From an uncultured Planctomycetaceae bacterium (GTDB taxonomy: Bacteria > Planctomycetota > Phycisphaerae > SM23-33), in contig CAYNYF010000064.1 in NCBI GenBank assembly GCA_964401385.1, positions 1-24,713 on the forward strand: 24,713 nucleotides of DNA, given 5' to 3'. Shown one piece after another: positions 7,860 through 15,655 of the stretch. Each line of letters begins with the position of its first letter. Within the stretch, counting starts at the first letter, position 1. The notes beneath the pieces are model-generated. The model had not been told where the DNA came from. It made no database searches and worked only from the letters and a program-made list of their open reading frames with translations. The translations under genes and the position numbers were made by a program.

Positions 7860-7946
7860 CCTGGATCCCGGGGGTTTCCATAAGGATGTACCCATTCAGC
7901 CGGGAAAGTTCATCCTCCATCGGGATCTTTTTGAGTCGAGCCCGCG

Positions 7947-8207
7947 CGCGGGCTGCGGGAGGGGATGAAGTCATGATCGAAATGCAGATGAAGGCGCTGT
8001 TTTTCGACTCGGCCCGCGTTCTGGGGGCGATGGACGCCGCCACGCGCCCGGCGCTCAGGCAAGCCGGGGCGTTCATGCGCCAGCGGGCCAGGACCTCCAC
8101 CCGCAAGCGCAAGGGCGTCTCGCGGGCCCGCGAGGCGGCCCGCCGCACTCCCACGCGGGGCATCTGCGGCGGCTGAGGGGCACGGGGCGGCCCTGGCGGC
8201 CGTGGCC
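7947..8207 (+). repeat. R3: full-length copy of the R repeat; contains an apparently intact 68-aa ORF 7973..8179 ('MIEMQMKALFFDSARVLGAMDAATRPALRQAGAFMRQRARTSTRKRKGVSRAREAARRTPTRGICGG*') with SD 'GGGAGGGG'
   Basis: Direct repeat of 5025-5277 in the same orientation. Together with R2 it brackets the ECF sigma/anti-sigma/propeller module. Confidence 0.7.
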
Positions 8208-8329
8208 GGTTCTCAGGAGTGCTCCAATTCGCATGTAACCCGCTCGGCCGGACGGTCCACTCACCTTGCGCAGAAGCAGTGAGAAGAGGGCCGGCGATTG
8301 CCGGGCCCGGATGCGTGAAGGAGAAAGAC

Positions 8330-8620
8330 ATGAACGCCAGGAGACTGCGTGTGCCCAAGCCGGTGAAGTGGATTGTGACAGTGATTCTGGTCCTCGCCGC
8401 CGGGGCGCTGCTGGGCGGATGCCACAAACGCAAGGTCTTCGTCCTGCACGAACCCGGCCCGTATGTGGCCAGACACGGAAGGCGCCCCCGCGTCGTGCTG
8501 GTCGACCGCGGCAGGGACCGCCGACACAGGGAGGAGGCCCGCCATGAGCGTCGAGAACGCCCGGATAAGCGTCGTTCGGATCGCCGTCAGGACGATCGGC
8601 CCCGGCCGCGGCGACGCTGA
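8330..8620 (+). CDS. small lipoprotein (96 aa) with extremely Arg/Asp/Glu-rich C-terminal tail
   Basis: Strong SD 'GAAGGAGAAAGAC' before ATG 8330. Signal peptide plus lipobox 'WIVTVILVLAAGALLGGC'. Tail 'RGRDRRHREEARHERRERPDKRRSDRRQDDRPRPRRR'. The start was trimmed from the track ORF 8219..8620. Confidence 0.55.
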   Translation: MNARRLRVPKPVKWIVTVILVLAAGALLGGCHKRKVFVLHEPGPYVARHGRRPRVVLVDRGRDRRHREEARHERRERPDKRRSDRRQDDRPRPRRR

Positions 8621-8867
8621 GGCGGTGCCGGTGGCCGTCCGACAGTGCCCGCTGCCCGAGCGGTGGTTCGTGCTGGACCGGCTGCTATCCCGGCGGGGCG
8701 ATCCCCGTCGCCGACACCGTCGAGGCTGATCCGCCCGAACGCCGGCGCACTCGCCGGGTCAATGCAATTCCACGCATGTGACGCGACGGGTGTCCCACAA
8801 GCCGCGGCGCGTGGTACAATGCCCGCCGGACGGAGACGAAGGCAACTTCCGGGAAAGGGCAACCGCA

Positions 8868-9932
8868 ATGACCGGCGATGCAGAGGCTAAGTTCACGCGA
8901 GAGATCATCGACACCCACCCGCCGCAGGACCCCCACGTGAAAACGGCCGGCGACATCACCGGCAACGGCGCGGCCGACGTCGTCGCCGCCAGCAGCGCCG
9001 GCGGGCCGTTGGTGTGGTATGAGTCCCCGACGTGGGAGCGGCACGTGATCGCCGAGTCCGGCCGGTGGAGCTGCGACGCTAAGCTGCTCGACATGGACGG
9101 CGACGGCGACGCCGACCTGCTGATCTCCGAGTGGTACACGCACGACCGCCTGGAGTGGTACGAGAACCCCCGCCCGGCGGGGGACCCGCGCGTGGACCCG
9201 TGGAAGCGGCACGTCATGGGCAGCCCGCGGGCCCACGACATCCGACCCGGCGACGTCGACGGGGACGGGGCGATCGAGATCGTCACGCGCCAGCAGGGCC
9301 AGCCGGGAGACCGGATTGTCCTGTGGAAGCGGACGGCCGGCGATGCCTGGGTCCAGCGGGCGATTGCCTGCCCGGCCGGCGAGGGGTTGGCTGTGGCGGA
9401 CCTGACGGGCAACGGCCGGCTGGACGTTATCATCGGCGCCCGCTGGTATCAGGCCCCGGACGACGTGCTGGGCGGCGACTGGGGCGAGCACGTGCTGGCG
9501 GACTGGCCGGCCGACGCGGTGGTGGCCGTGGCCGACGTGAGCGGCAGCGGCCGCGGCGACGTGATACTGACCCGCTCCGAGGGGCCGCACCGGCTGGCGT
9601 GGTTCGAGCCGCCGGCCGACCCGATGGCCGGTAAGTGGGCCGAACACGTCGTCGACGACTCGGTGGACTTCGCCCACGGCCTGGCTTTGGGCGATCTGAC
9701 CGGCAGCGGCCGGCTGGACATCGTCGTGGCCGAGATGCACCAGTCGCCCCGCAGGCGCGTGATGGCCTACCTCAACCAGGGCGCGGGGCGGTCGTGGCGG
9801 CGGGTGATCCTCGCGGAAACGGGCAGTCACGACATCTGCCTTGCCGACGTGGACGGCGGCGGCCGACCGGCCGTCGTCGGGGCCAACTGGAGCGGGCCCT
9901 ATCAGCCTCTCGAGCTGTGGCGGCCGCGCTGA
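8868..9932 (+). CDS. FG-GAP/VCBS-repeat beta-propeller protein (ASPIC/UnbV-like)
   Basis: Repeated 'D-x-D/N-G-D-G-x-x-D' FG-GAP calcium-binding motifs (GDITGNGAADVV, LDMDGDGDADLL, GDVDGDGAIEIV, ADLTGNGRLDVI, ADVSGSGRGDVI, GDLTGSGRLDIV, ADVDGGGRPAVV). The start was trimmed to ATG 8868 (SD-like 'GGGAAAGGG'). There is no obvious signal peptide. Confidence 0.75.
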   Translation: MTGDAEAKFTREIIDTHPPQDPHVKTAGDITGNGAADVVAASSAGGPLVWYESPTWERHVIAESGRWSCDAKLLDMDGDGDADLLISEWYTHDRLEWYENPRPAGDPRVDPWKRHVMGSPRAHDIRPGDVDGDGAIEIVTRQQGQPGDRIVLWKRTAGDAWVQRAIACPAGEGLAVADLTGNGRLDVIIGARWYQAPDDVLGGDWGEHVLADWPADAVVAVADVSGSGRGDVILTRSEGPHRLAWFEPPADPMAGKWAEHVVDDSVDFAHGLALGDLTGSGRLDIVVAEMHQSPRRRVMAYLNQGAGRSWRRVILAETGSHDICLADVDGGGRPAVVGANWSGPYQPLELWRPR

Positions 9933-9933
9933 G
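9791..9933 (+). repeat. DR-A1: the last 143 bp of the FG-GAP gene, repeated at 14567-14709
   Basis: About 5 mismatches in 143 bp between the two copies, in direct orientation. Confidence 0.8.
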
Positions 9934-10278
9934 GCCGCCCCGCCATTGCTCATGCCGGGCGAGGGTGTACGCCGCCCACCGCTCACGCTGTCGGAGGTAG
10001 GGCTGTACCGACGCCCTGTCAACAACCCGCCTTGCCCGGCGCCTCTGACCAGGCCTCCCCGGCATGTAAATAGGACTCCATAAGCTGCAAATTGTGCTTG
10101 CAAAGACGGACAGGACGCAATAGAATCCTTCCTCTGTGGGACCGTTCAAGTCTACGTTGCTGTGGTAGTGTCCCAGGTTTTGATGCAATAAGCGCCTCGT
10201 CACGAGCAGTTTCAGCCGAGCTGTAGACAGGCGACCTGGACAGTGTGGGGCGCCTCTGATCTGGCAAGGAGAACGAAC

Positions 10279-11358
10279 ATGACGAAGCGGATCGGGCCCG
10301 CAGTGATTGAATTGCGCTTCGGCACGGACAGGGCGCCGAGGCAGCGCGAACGCCGAGGCTTCACGCTGATCGAACTTCTGGTGGTCGTCTCCATCATCGC
10401 CCTGCTGGTTTCGATGCTGCTGCCGACGCTCGGCAAGGCCAGGGACATGGCCAAGAAGGCGGGGTGTGCGTCACAGATGGGGGTGTACGGCCGGCAGATC
10501 GCCCTCTACCTGACCGAGTACAACTCCTACCCCCACTACGGCCCGTACGGAATCGGCGTCCCCGGCTTCTACTACGAGAACCTGGCGTTTCCCAAGTTCT
10601 ACGGGATCATGGAGACCTACGGCGTTACGGGCACGCACCGCACGAACTGGGGCGTTTACACCTACATCTGGGAAGCCGACGAGGTATGGGACGGGGCGCT
10701 GTGCCCGGGGATGGACGCCCTGGAGGTCTGGCAGGTCGCCGACCAGGCGTTCGATGCCGGACGGGCGTCCTACGACGGCAAGCCGTCGTTCCATAAGGGG
10801 GCGGTCGGCTACCAGTGGAACCCGACGCTCCGGGCAAGACACCCCAAATTCTCACCAGGGCGATGGCCCACTTGCCTGGAAGACTGGCCGGACGCCGGCG
10901 ACCACGACTATACCATGTGGATCGACTGGGTGATCAACCTGCCCGTCGGCAGCTTCGGCACGCAGGCGGTCAACCAGGAGGAGGTCAACCAGCCCCAGAC
11001 AGTCGCGGAGGCCTGGGATTCCTGGGATGTCAATGCCGCGCCCAACGTCAACATCGCCGGGAGCTACGCGGTGGAGGGCGTGGTGCCCGGCTGGCACGTC
11101 GGGCCGCAGTCGCGGGGCACGAACGGCTGGGCCCTGCTCAACGCCGCGCGGCACCCGAACGGACCGAACGTATTGTACGCCGACCATCACGTCGCCTCCG
11201 ACGTGAACAAGGCGATCGACCCCGGTCAGTTGGGGCCCTGCCCGTCCGGCAGTTGGAACGGCATTAAGGCGGTCAGTTGGAGCGACTACCACGAGGATTT
11301 CGGGACGATGTGGCACATCTGCCCGCAGCGGAAGTTCAAGGTTCCTCCAGAAGATTAG
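10279..11358 (+). CDS. DUF1559-type protein with prepilin-type N-terminal cleavage/methylation domain (type IV pilin-like N-terminus)
   Basis: 'RRGFTLIELLVVVSIIALLVSMLLPTLGKARDMAKKAGCASQMG' is the hallmark class-III signal / DUF1559 N-terminus, massively expanded in Planctomycetota-Verrucomicrobiota. Perfect SD 'AAGGAGAACGAAC' before ATG 10279. Confidence 0.85.
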   Translation: MTKRIGPAVIELRFGTDRAPRQRERRGFTLIELLVVVSIIALLVSMLLPTLGKARDMAKKAGCASQMGVYGRQIALYLTEYNSYPHYGPYGIGVPGFYYENLAFPKFYGIMETYGVTGTHRTNWGVYTYIWEADEVWDGALCPGMDALEVWQVADQAFDAGRASYDGKPSFHKGAVGYQWNPTLRARHPKFSPGRWPTCLEDWPDAGDHDYTMWIDWVINLPVGSFGTQAVNQEEVNQPQTVAEAWDSWDVNAAPNVNIAGSYAVEGVVPGWHVGPQSRGTNGWALLNAARHPNGPNVLYADHHVASDVNKAIDPGQLGPCPSGSWNGIKAVSWSDYHEDFGTMWHICPQRKFKVPPED

Positions 11359-11367
11359 GCGGCCACC

Positions 11368-11802
11368 ATGCAAAGCACACCCTCGGTGATCCTGGCCTGC
11401 ATCCTGACCGGGCTGATCGGCCTGGCCGGATGCAAGGACGCGGCCGAGAAGATCAGCTCGGCCGACCACCTCCTCTCCCGGCAGCACAAGGCCTGCGCCG
11501 ACGCCCTCGAGACCCTGCGCTCAGACCAGCCCAACTATAACCTGGTCCGAGCGGCCGGCGGGCGCTTCCGCAGGACCCTGCGCCGGGTCGAGAAGGACTA
11601 CACCGGCTCGAACAAGCACGAGGTCATCGCCAAGCTGAACCTGCTGGCCGATAGGTTCGACGCCGAGGTTGCCCCGAAGCTGACCATGGCCAGCCCGGAG
11701 GTCCGGTTGCAGACCGGCGTGACCCCCGAGGAACTTCGGGCCGCGTTCGAAAGCCTTCAGGCCGATTTTGAGACGCTAAAAGACCTGACGTCCGGCGGCT
11801 AA
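11368..11802 (+). CDS. small lipoprotein (144 aa), hypothetical
   Basis: Signal peptide plus lipobox 'ILACILTGLIGLAGC'. The start is 10 nt after the preceding stop, suggesting co-transcription. Confidence 0.65.
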   Translation: MQSTPSVILACILTGLIGLAGCKDAAEKISSADHLLSRQHKACADALETLRSDQPNYNLVRAAGGRFRRTLRRVEKDYTGSNKHEVIAKLNLLADRFDAEVAPKLTMASPEVRLQTGVTPEELRAAFESLQADFETLKDLTSGG

Positions 11803-11904
11803 ATTCGTATAACTCGCCTTGTAGTATAGGCGTGCGCGAACAGGGCGAGGCTGTTTGGTCTGTCCGGCCTGCAAGGGCGCAGGTGCAGAGCAAAAGAATG
11901 CTGG

Positions 11905-11922
11905 ACAGTTTAGCTAAACTGT
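11905..11922. promoter_or_regulatory. 18-bp perfect palindrome 'ACAGTTTAGCTAAACTGT' in the AT-rich promoter region upstream of the first PEP-CTERM gene
   Basis: Read directly from the sequence. It sits in a 280-bp stretch at about 48% GC that also contains a 'TATATT' -10-like element at 11936-11941. Confidence 0.5.
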
Positions 11923-12080
11923 GGTATTAGATAGGTATATTGGGTAGTTTACCTGCGGGCGGCGGGGTTGCATGTGCATGTCCGTGGGATTCTTTGTAGA
12001 GACACAATTCATACGAGCGAGGATACAGACTCTCGCCTTCGTGTGGTGAGAGCGGGAAATTTGATCTGGGAGGTAAGCTT

Positions 12081-13253
12081 ATGCCAATAACAACGAAGAC
12101 CTTGTGGACTGGGTTGGCGGCCGTGGTTGCGCTGGCTTGGCTGGCCGCTCCGGCCTCAGCCTTGGACTTGGGTTACGGCAAGTACATACCCACCAAGGAC
12201 GAGCCTACGAACGGGCAATGCTGGGCCGAGTTCGTCAACATGGGCGCCAACGAGTACGCCTTCATCAAGGCCGGCGTTGCTACCTGGCAGGCGGACTTCG
12301 ACCGGGACGCCATCGCGGCCGTCCTGGCGGCCTGGCCTCAGCATGAGGTGAGGCTCTACATCACGACTGCCGATAGCGATGATCCCTCTCTGGACGAGCG
12401 ATTCATGCCCTACACGTGGCAGAGCCAGAGCGTCTGGGGCGCCGAAGGCGACGGTTACTGGGACTTGTCCGGACAGCTCACGTGGAACGACTACGGCGAT
12501 CCGCTGAACTACAACAGCCACGCCTTCAACTGGACCGCAGGCACTCAGGCCATCTGCCAGTGGGGCATTTGCAGCCATCTCGGGACCGGCGTGGTGGACA
12601 CGGCCAACAGCCAGCATTGGCTGGATGCGGCCGGCAACCCGATCGGTAATCCCTGCTCCGCGTTCGGCGGGCCGCCCGCCGGCAGCGACCCGACGGGGTG
12701 GTGCCAGAGCAAGATGGAGTGCTGCTGGGGGGCGTTCGACTCAGCGGCCGACAGCAAGCTGCTCAACTCCGAGCCGATCATCGGCCTCGGGGACATGGTG
12801 CAGGCGTGGGTGAAGCTCGACCAGGAGCTGGTGGAGGATATCACCGGCACCGGGCGGGCGAACGTCTTTGCCCTGGGCGTTGCCCTGGCCGACGAGAACA
12901 ACGACATCTGGACCAATTGGAACAACCTCTGGATGTGCACCAAGGAGAACGAGGGCAACGAGCCGTACATCCGGCTGATGTGGCCCGGCGACGCCAACTT
13001 CGACGGCTGCGCCAACGGCGCCGACTACACCCTCTGGGCTGACAACTATCAGCTAAACCCCGGCGGGCAGGGCTGGGAAGAGGCCGATTTCAACGGCGAT
13101 ATGAACACCGACGGCGGGGACTACACCCTCTGGGCTGACCACTACGTAGGCGGAACCGGCGGTCCCGGCTGCACGGGCACGGGGCAGATCCCCGAGCCGG
13201 TGACGCTGGGGTTGCTCAGCCTTGGGGCTGTGGCGCTGCTGCGTCGGAAGTAG
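12081..13253 (+). CDS. PEP-CTERM sorting-domain secreted protein with two dockerin-like Ca-binding repeats
   Basis: Strong SD 'GGGAGGTAAGCTT' before ATG. Signal peptide 'LAAVVALAWLAAPASA'. C-terminal 'IPEPVTLGLLSLGAVALLRRK'. Repeats 'GDANFDGCANGADYTLWADNY' and 'ADFNGDMNTDGGDYTLWADHY'. Confidence 0.85.
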   Translation: MPITTKTLWTGLAAVVALAWLAAPASALDLGYGKYIPTKDEPTNGQCWAEFVNMGANEYAFIKAGVATWQADFDRDAIAAVLAAWPQHEVRLYITTADSDDPSLDERFMPYTWQSQSVWGAEGDGYWDLSGQLTWNDYGDPLNYNSHAFNWTAGTQAICQWGICSHLGTGVVDTANSQHWLDAAGNPIGNPCSAFGGPPAGSDPTGWCQSKMECCWGAFDSAADSKLLNSEPIIGLGDMVQAWVKLDQELVEDITGTGRANVFALGVALADENNDIWTNWNNLWMCTKENEGNEPYIRLMWPGDANFDGCANGADYTLWADNYQLNPGGQGWEEADFNGDMNTDGGDYTLWADHYVGGTGGPGCTGTGQIPEPVTLGLLSLGAVALLRRK

Positions 13254-13575
13254 CATTCGAAATCGAGGACGAATGGCCCAAGCGGCCTGGCGCGGATCCT
13301 CATCTCGCCCGGTCGCCTGGGCCAAGAACGAGGCCGGGAGGGTTGACCGGGGAACCGGGCGGCGCCCGGACGCAGGGAGCAGAACGGATGCGTTGAGCTT
13401 CGCTTCCGGTGATCCGGACCGCCGGGTTCTTGCAGCCCGGCGTGGCCCTTACGGAGAGCAAATCAGAAAGGAGGTGTGTGGAAGAATGCCGGTGAGCGAT
13501 TGTCCATATTGTGAGGACACTGAGAGACGGAATCCCCGCTACAGTGGGGCATTCCAATGGAAGGAGGGAGTATCG

Positions 13576-14478
13576 ATGAAGACACTTTTGGTCATTCTAA
13601 CAGCGCTGGCTGTATGCGCCGTCCCGGTGGTGGGGGAGCCCTTCCTCTGCCAACGGGACAACGCCAACGACCAGGCCGGCGGCCCGCCGCCGCCGGGAGA
13701 GTGGCACAGCAACGAGGGTGCCAACAACGTTGCCCGCATCAAGGCCTCTGACCACCAGTGGTACGGCGACTGGGATATGGGTGCGATCCTGGAGTACATG
13801 GACTGCAATCCGTGCCCACAGGGCATGTACTACGAGGCCCGGCTGTACGTCGTCCCCGACGCGGGCGAGGGCGGTTGGGTGCCCGGGGCGATGAACCCGG
13901 TGCAGATCGCCGCGGTGTGGAGCGAGAACGACTGGGTCGAGGGTGACGCTGGTCGGACGTATTCGAACTACAACTGGACCAACCCGACCGAGAACTTCGC
14001 GGCCACGGAGGCGTACGCCGGGGACACCGAAGACCCCAACAACCCGGGGAATTCGGACCCCGTCCGTGCCGTCCCCTGGGTCCACCCGACCCGAGGCGTA
14101 TGCACGATGATGGGGACGTTCCTGGACTATAGCGACAAGAGCGGCACCCTTCCGGATCCGCTGACGCCGTGGCAGCCGTGGTTGGGAGTGTGCAACTCGG
14201 TCAGGAACTCCCAGGACTTGATGATCGACCCGGACCAGACGGGCGTGTACCACAGCGTGGTCCTGGACGCCGCGCTGTTCCAGGACATGCTGACCAACCC
14301 GAACAACCGCGGGTTGGCGCTGTATAACCTGCCGCCGGACAGCTTTGCCAACCGCAACATCCGGACGCGGGAATATGTCGACAGCGAGCCGTACCTGGAC
14401 GTCGTCTGTGTTCCCGAGCCGGCAACGTTGCTGCTGCTGGTCTCCGGCGGCCTGCTGATGATTCGCAGGAAGCGCTAG
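13576..14478 (+). CDS. PEP-CTERM sorting-domain secreted protein (300 aa)
   Basis: SD 'GGAAGGAGGGAG' before ATG 13576. Signal peptide 'MKTLLVILTALAVCAVPVVG'. C-terminal 'VPEPATLLLLVSGGLLMIRRKR'. The track ORF 13222..14478 was trimmed. Confidence 0.85.
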   Translation: MKTLLVILTALAVCAVPVVGEPFLCQRDNANDQAGGPPPPGEWHSNEGANNVARIKASDHQWYGDWDMGAILEYMDCNPCPQGMYYEARLYVVPDAGEGGWVPGAMNPVQIAAVWSENDWVEGDAGRTYSNYNWTNPTENFAATEAYAGDTEDPNNPGNSDPVRAVPWVHPTRGVCTMMGTFLDYSDKSGTLPDPLTPWQPWLGVCNSVRNSQDLMIDPDQTGVYHSVVLDAALFQDMLTNPNNRGLALYNLPPDSFANRNIRTREYVDSEPYLDVVCVPEPATLLLLVSGGLLMIRRKR

Positions 14479-14524
14479 GGCCTCCGGGCCAAGTGACTGG
14501 CGAAAGAGGCGACTGACATTCCTC

Positions 14525-14557
14525 GGCCGGGGCCTTCCCCGGCCGGGGCCTCTTTCT
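14525..14557 (+). terminator. candidate intrinsic terminator after the PEP-CTERM genes (8-bp GC stem 'GGCCGGGG-cctt-CCCCGGCC' followed by 'TCTTTCT')
   Basis: Hairpin read directly from the sequence; the T-tract is short and interrupted. Confidence 0.4.
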
Positions 14558-14566
14558 GCGCCGCCC

Positions 14567-14709
14567 GCCGTAGCGGCGGGTGATCCTCGCGGAAACGGGC
14601 AGCCACGACATCTGCCTTGCCGACGTGGACGGCGGCGGCCGACCGGCCGTCGCCGGGGCCAACTGGAGCGGACCCTATCAGCCTCTCGAGCTGTGGCGGC
14701 CGCGCTGAG
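14567..14709 (+). repeat. DR-A2: second copy of the FG-GAP gene 3'-end repeat
   Basis: Aligns to 9791-9933 at about 96% identity; encodes '...RVILAETGSHDICLADVDGGGRPAVAGANWSGPYQPLELWRPR*' with no gene body upstream. Confidence 0.8.
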
Positions 14710-14725
14710 CCGAACGGCCGGCCGG

Positions 14726-15655
14726 CTACGGCCAGTCCACCCTGCGTTCGGTCAGGAAGCGGATGACATCGTCCCGGCCGGGAATGCCCGCCCGGCCGCC
14801 CATCTGCCTGCACTTCATGGCCGCCGCCGCGGAGGCGAACTGGAGGTTCTTCACGAACGGAAATCCCTCCACCAGCCCGTAGCAGAAGGCCCCGTGGAAG
14901 GTGTCGCCCGCGCCGGTGGTGTCCACCACCTTCACCGGGAACGCGGGCATCTCCGCCAGGTCCTCGCCGTCGAGATACACCAGTCCCCGCTCGCCCAGGG
15001 TGATGACGACGCGCTCCGGCCCCATCGCGCGGACGGCCGTGCAGGCGGCGAGGTAATCATCGCTGCCGGCCAATCGCCGGGCGCAGCCCTCGGAGATGAT
15101 GGCGAAGCCCACGTAGGCCAGCAGGGCCGCGGTCCGCTCGCCGACGCCGCCCAGGTCCGCGACGACCGGCACGCCGAGCCGCCGGGCCTGCCGGGCGGCC
15201 CGCAATGCGCTGGCCGGATACGTCCCGTCCACCAGCAGGCAGCCGGTGCCCTTCAGCGCCTCGGGCGAGCCGATCGGCTCCTTCGGCTCGGAGAAGCCCG
15301 CCCCGTAGGGGAAGTGCCGCTGCCCGGTGGGGCTGTCGACGCAGACCACGACCATGGGCCCCCGGCCGCCGGGCATCACGACGACATGGCGCGTGTCCAC
15401 CTTCTCGCGCCGCAGCCCGTCCAGGATCATCCGTCCCATCCAGTCGTCGCCGACGGCGGCCCACAGCTCCGCCCGCCCGCCGAGCCGCGCCACCGTCACC
15501 ATGGCCGTGCCCACCATGCCGCCGCCCTGCACCTGGAAGTCGAGGATCTTGTTGTCCACCAGCGGGGCCTGCACGTCCTGCCACAGGATGAGCTGGTCCA
15601 GGACGGCCAGCCCGACGCCGACGACCTTCTTCCCGCTGTCGGAGCCCGCGTTCAT
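14726..15655 (-). CDS. PfkB-family carbohydrate kinase (ribokinase/tagatose-6-phosphate kinase-like), 309 aa
   Basis: 'VDTTGAGDTFHGAFCYGL' is the PfkB signature 2 (DTxGAGD). N-terminal 'VVGVGLAVLDQL'. The track ORF was trimmed to ATG 15655, which overlaps the aldolase stop (ATGA). Confidence 0.85.
   Translation of the reverse strand: MNAGSDSGKKVVGVGLAVLDQLILWQDVQAPLVDNKILDFQVQGGGMVGTAMVTVARLGGRAELWAAVGDDWMGRMILDGLRREKVDTRHVVVMPGGRGPMVVVCVDSPTGQRHFPYGAGFSEPKEPIGSPEALKGTGCLLVDGTYPASALRAARQARRLGVPVVADLGGVGERTAALLAYVGFAIISEGCARRLAGSDDYLAACTAVRAMGPERVVITLGERGLVYLDGEDLAEMPAFPVKVVDTTGAGDTFHGAFCYGLVEGFPFVKNLQFASAAAAMKCRQMGGRAGIPGRDDVIRFLTERRVDWP

Noticed and set aside
8790-8830. Possible sigma70 promoter 'TACAAT' upstream of the FG-GAP gene
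   Set aside because: No acceptable -35 at 16-18 nt spacing. Too weak to list as a feature.
8685-10103. 472-aa minus-strand ORF antisense to the FG-GAP gene, plus the nested 8759..9433(-) and 9131..9634(+) ORFs
   Set aside because: They are antisense or out-of-frame to a gene with clear FG-GAP repeat motifs. Their composition is dominated by R/G/P/A.
10100-10200. tRNA-like 'GTTCAAGTC' T-loop-like string
   Set aside because: No acceptor stem or anticodon arm can be folded around it, and there is no CCA context.
11900-11945. Sigma-54 (-24/-12) promoter upstream of the PEP-CTERM gene
   Set aside because: Candidate 'GG-N8-GC' spacings do not fit the TGGCAC-N5-TTGC consensus (GG to GC 10 nt apart).
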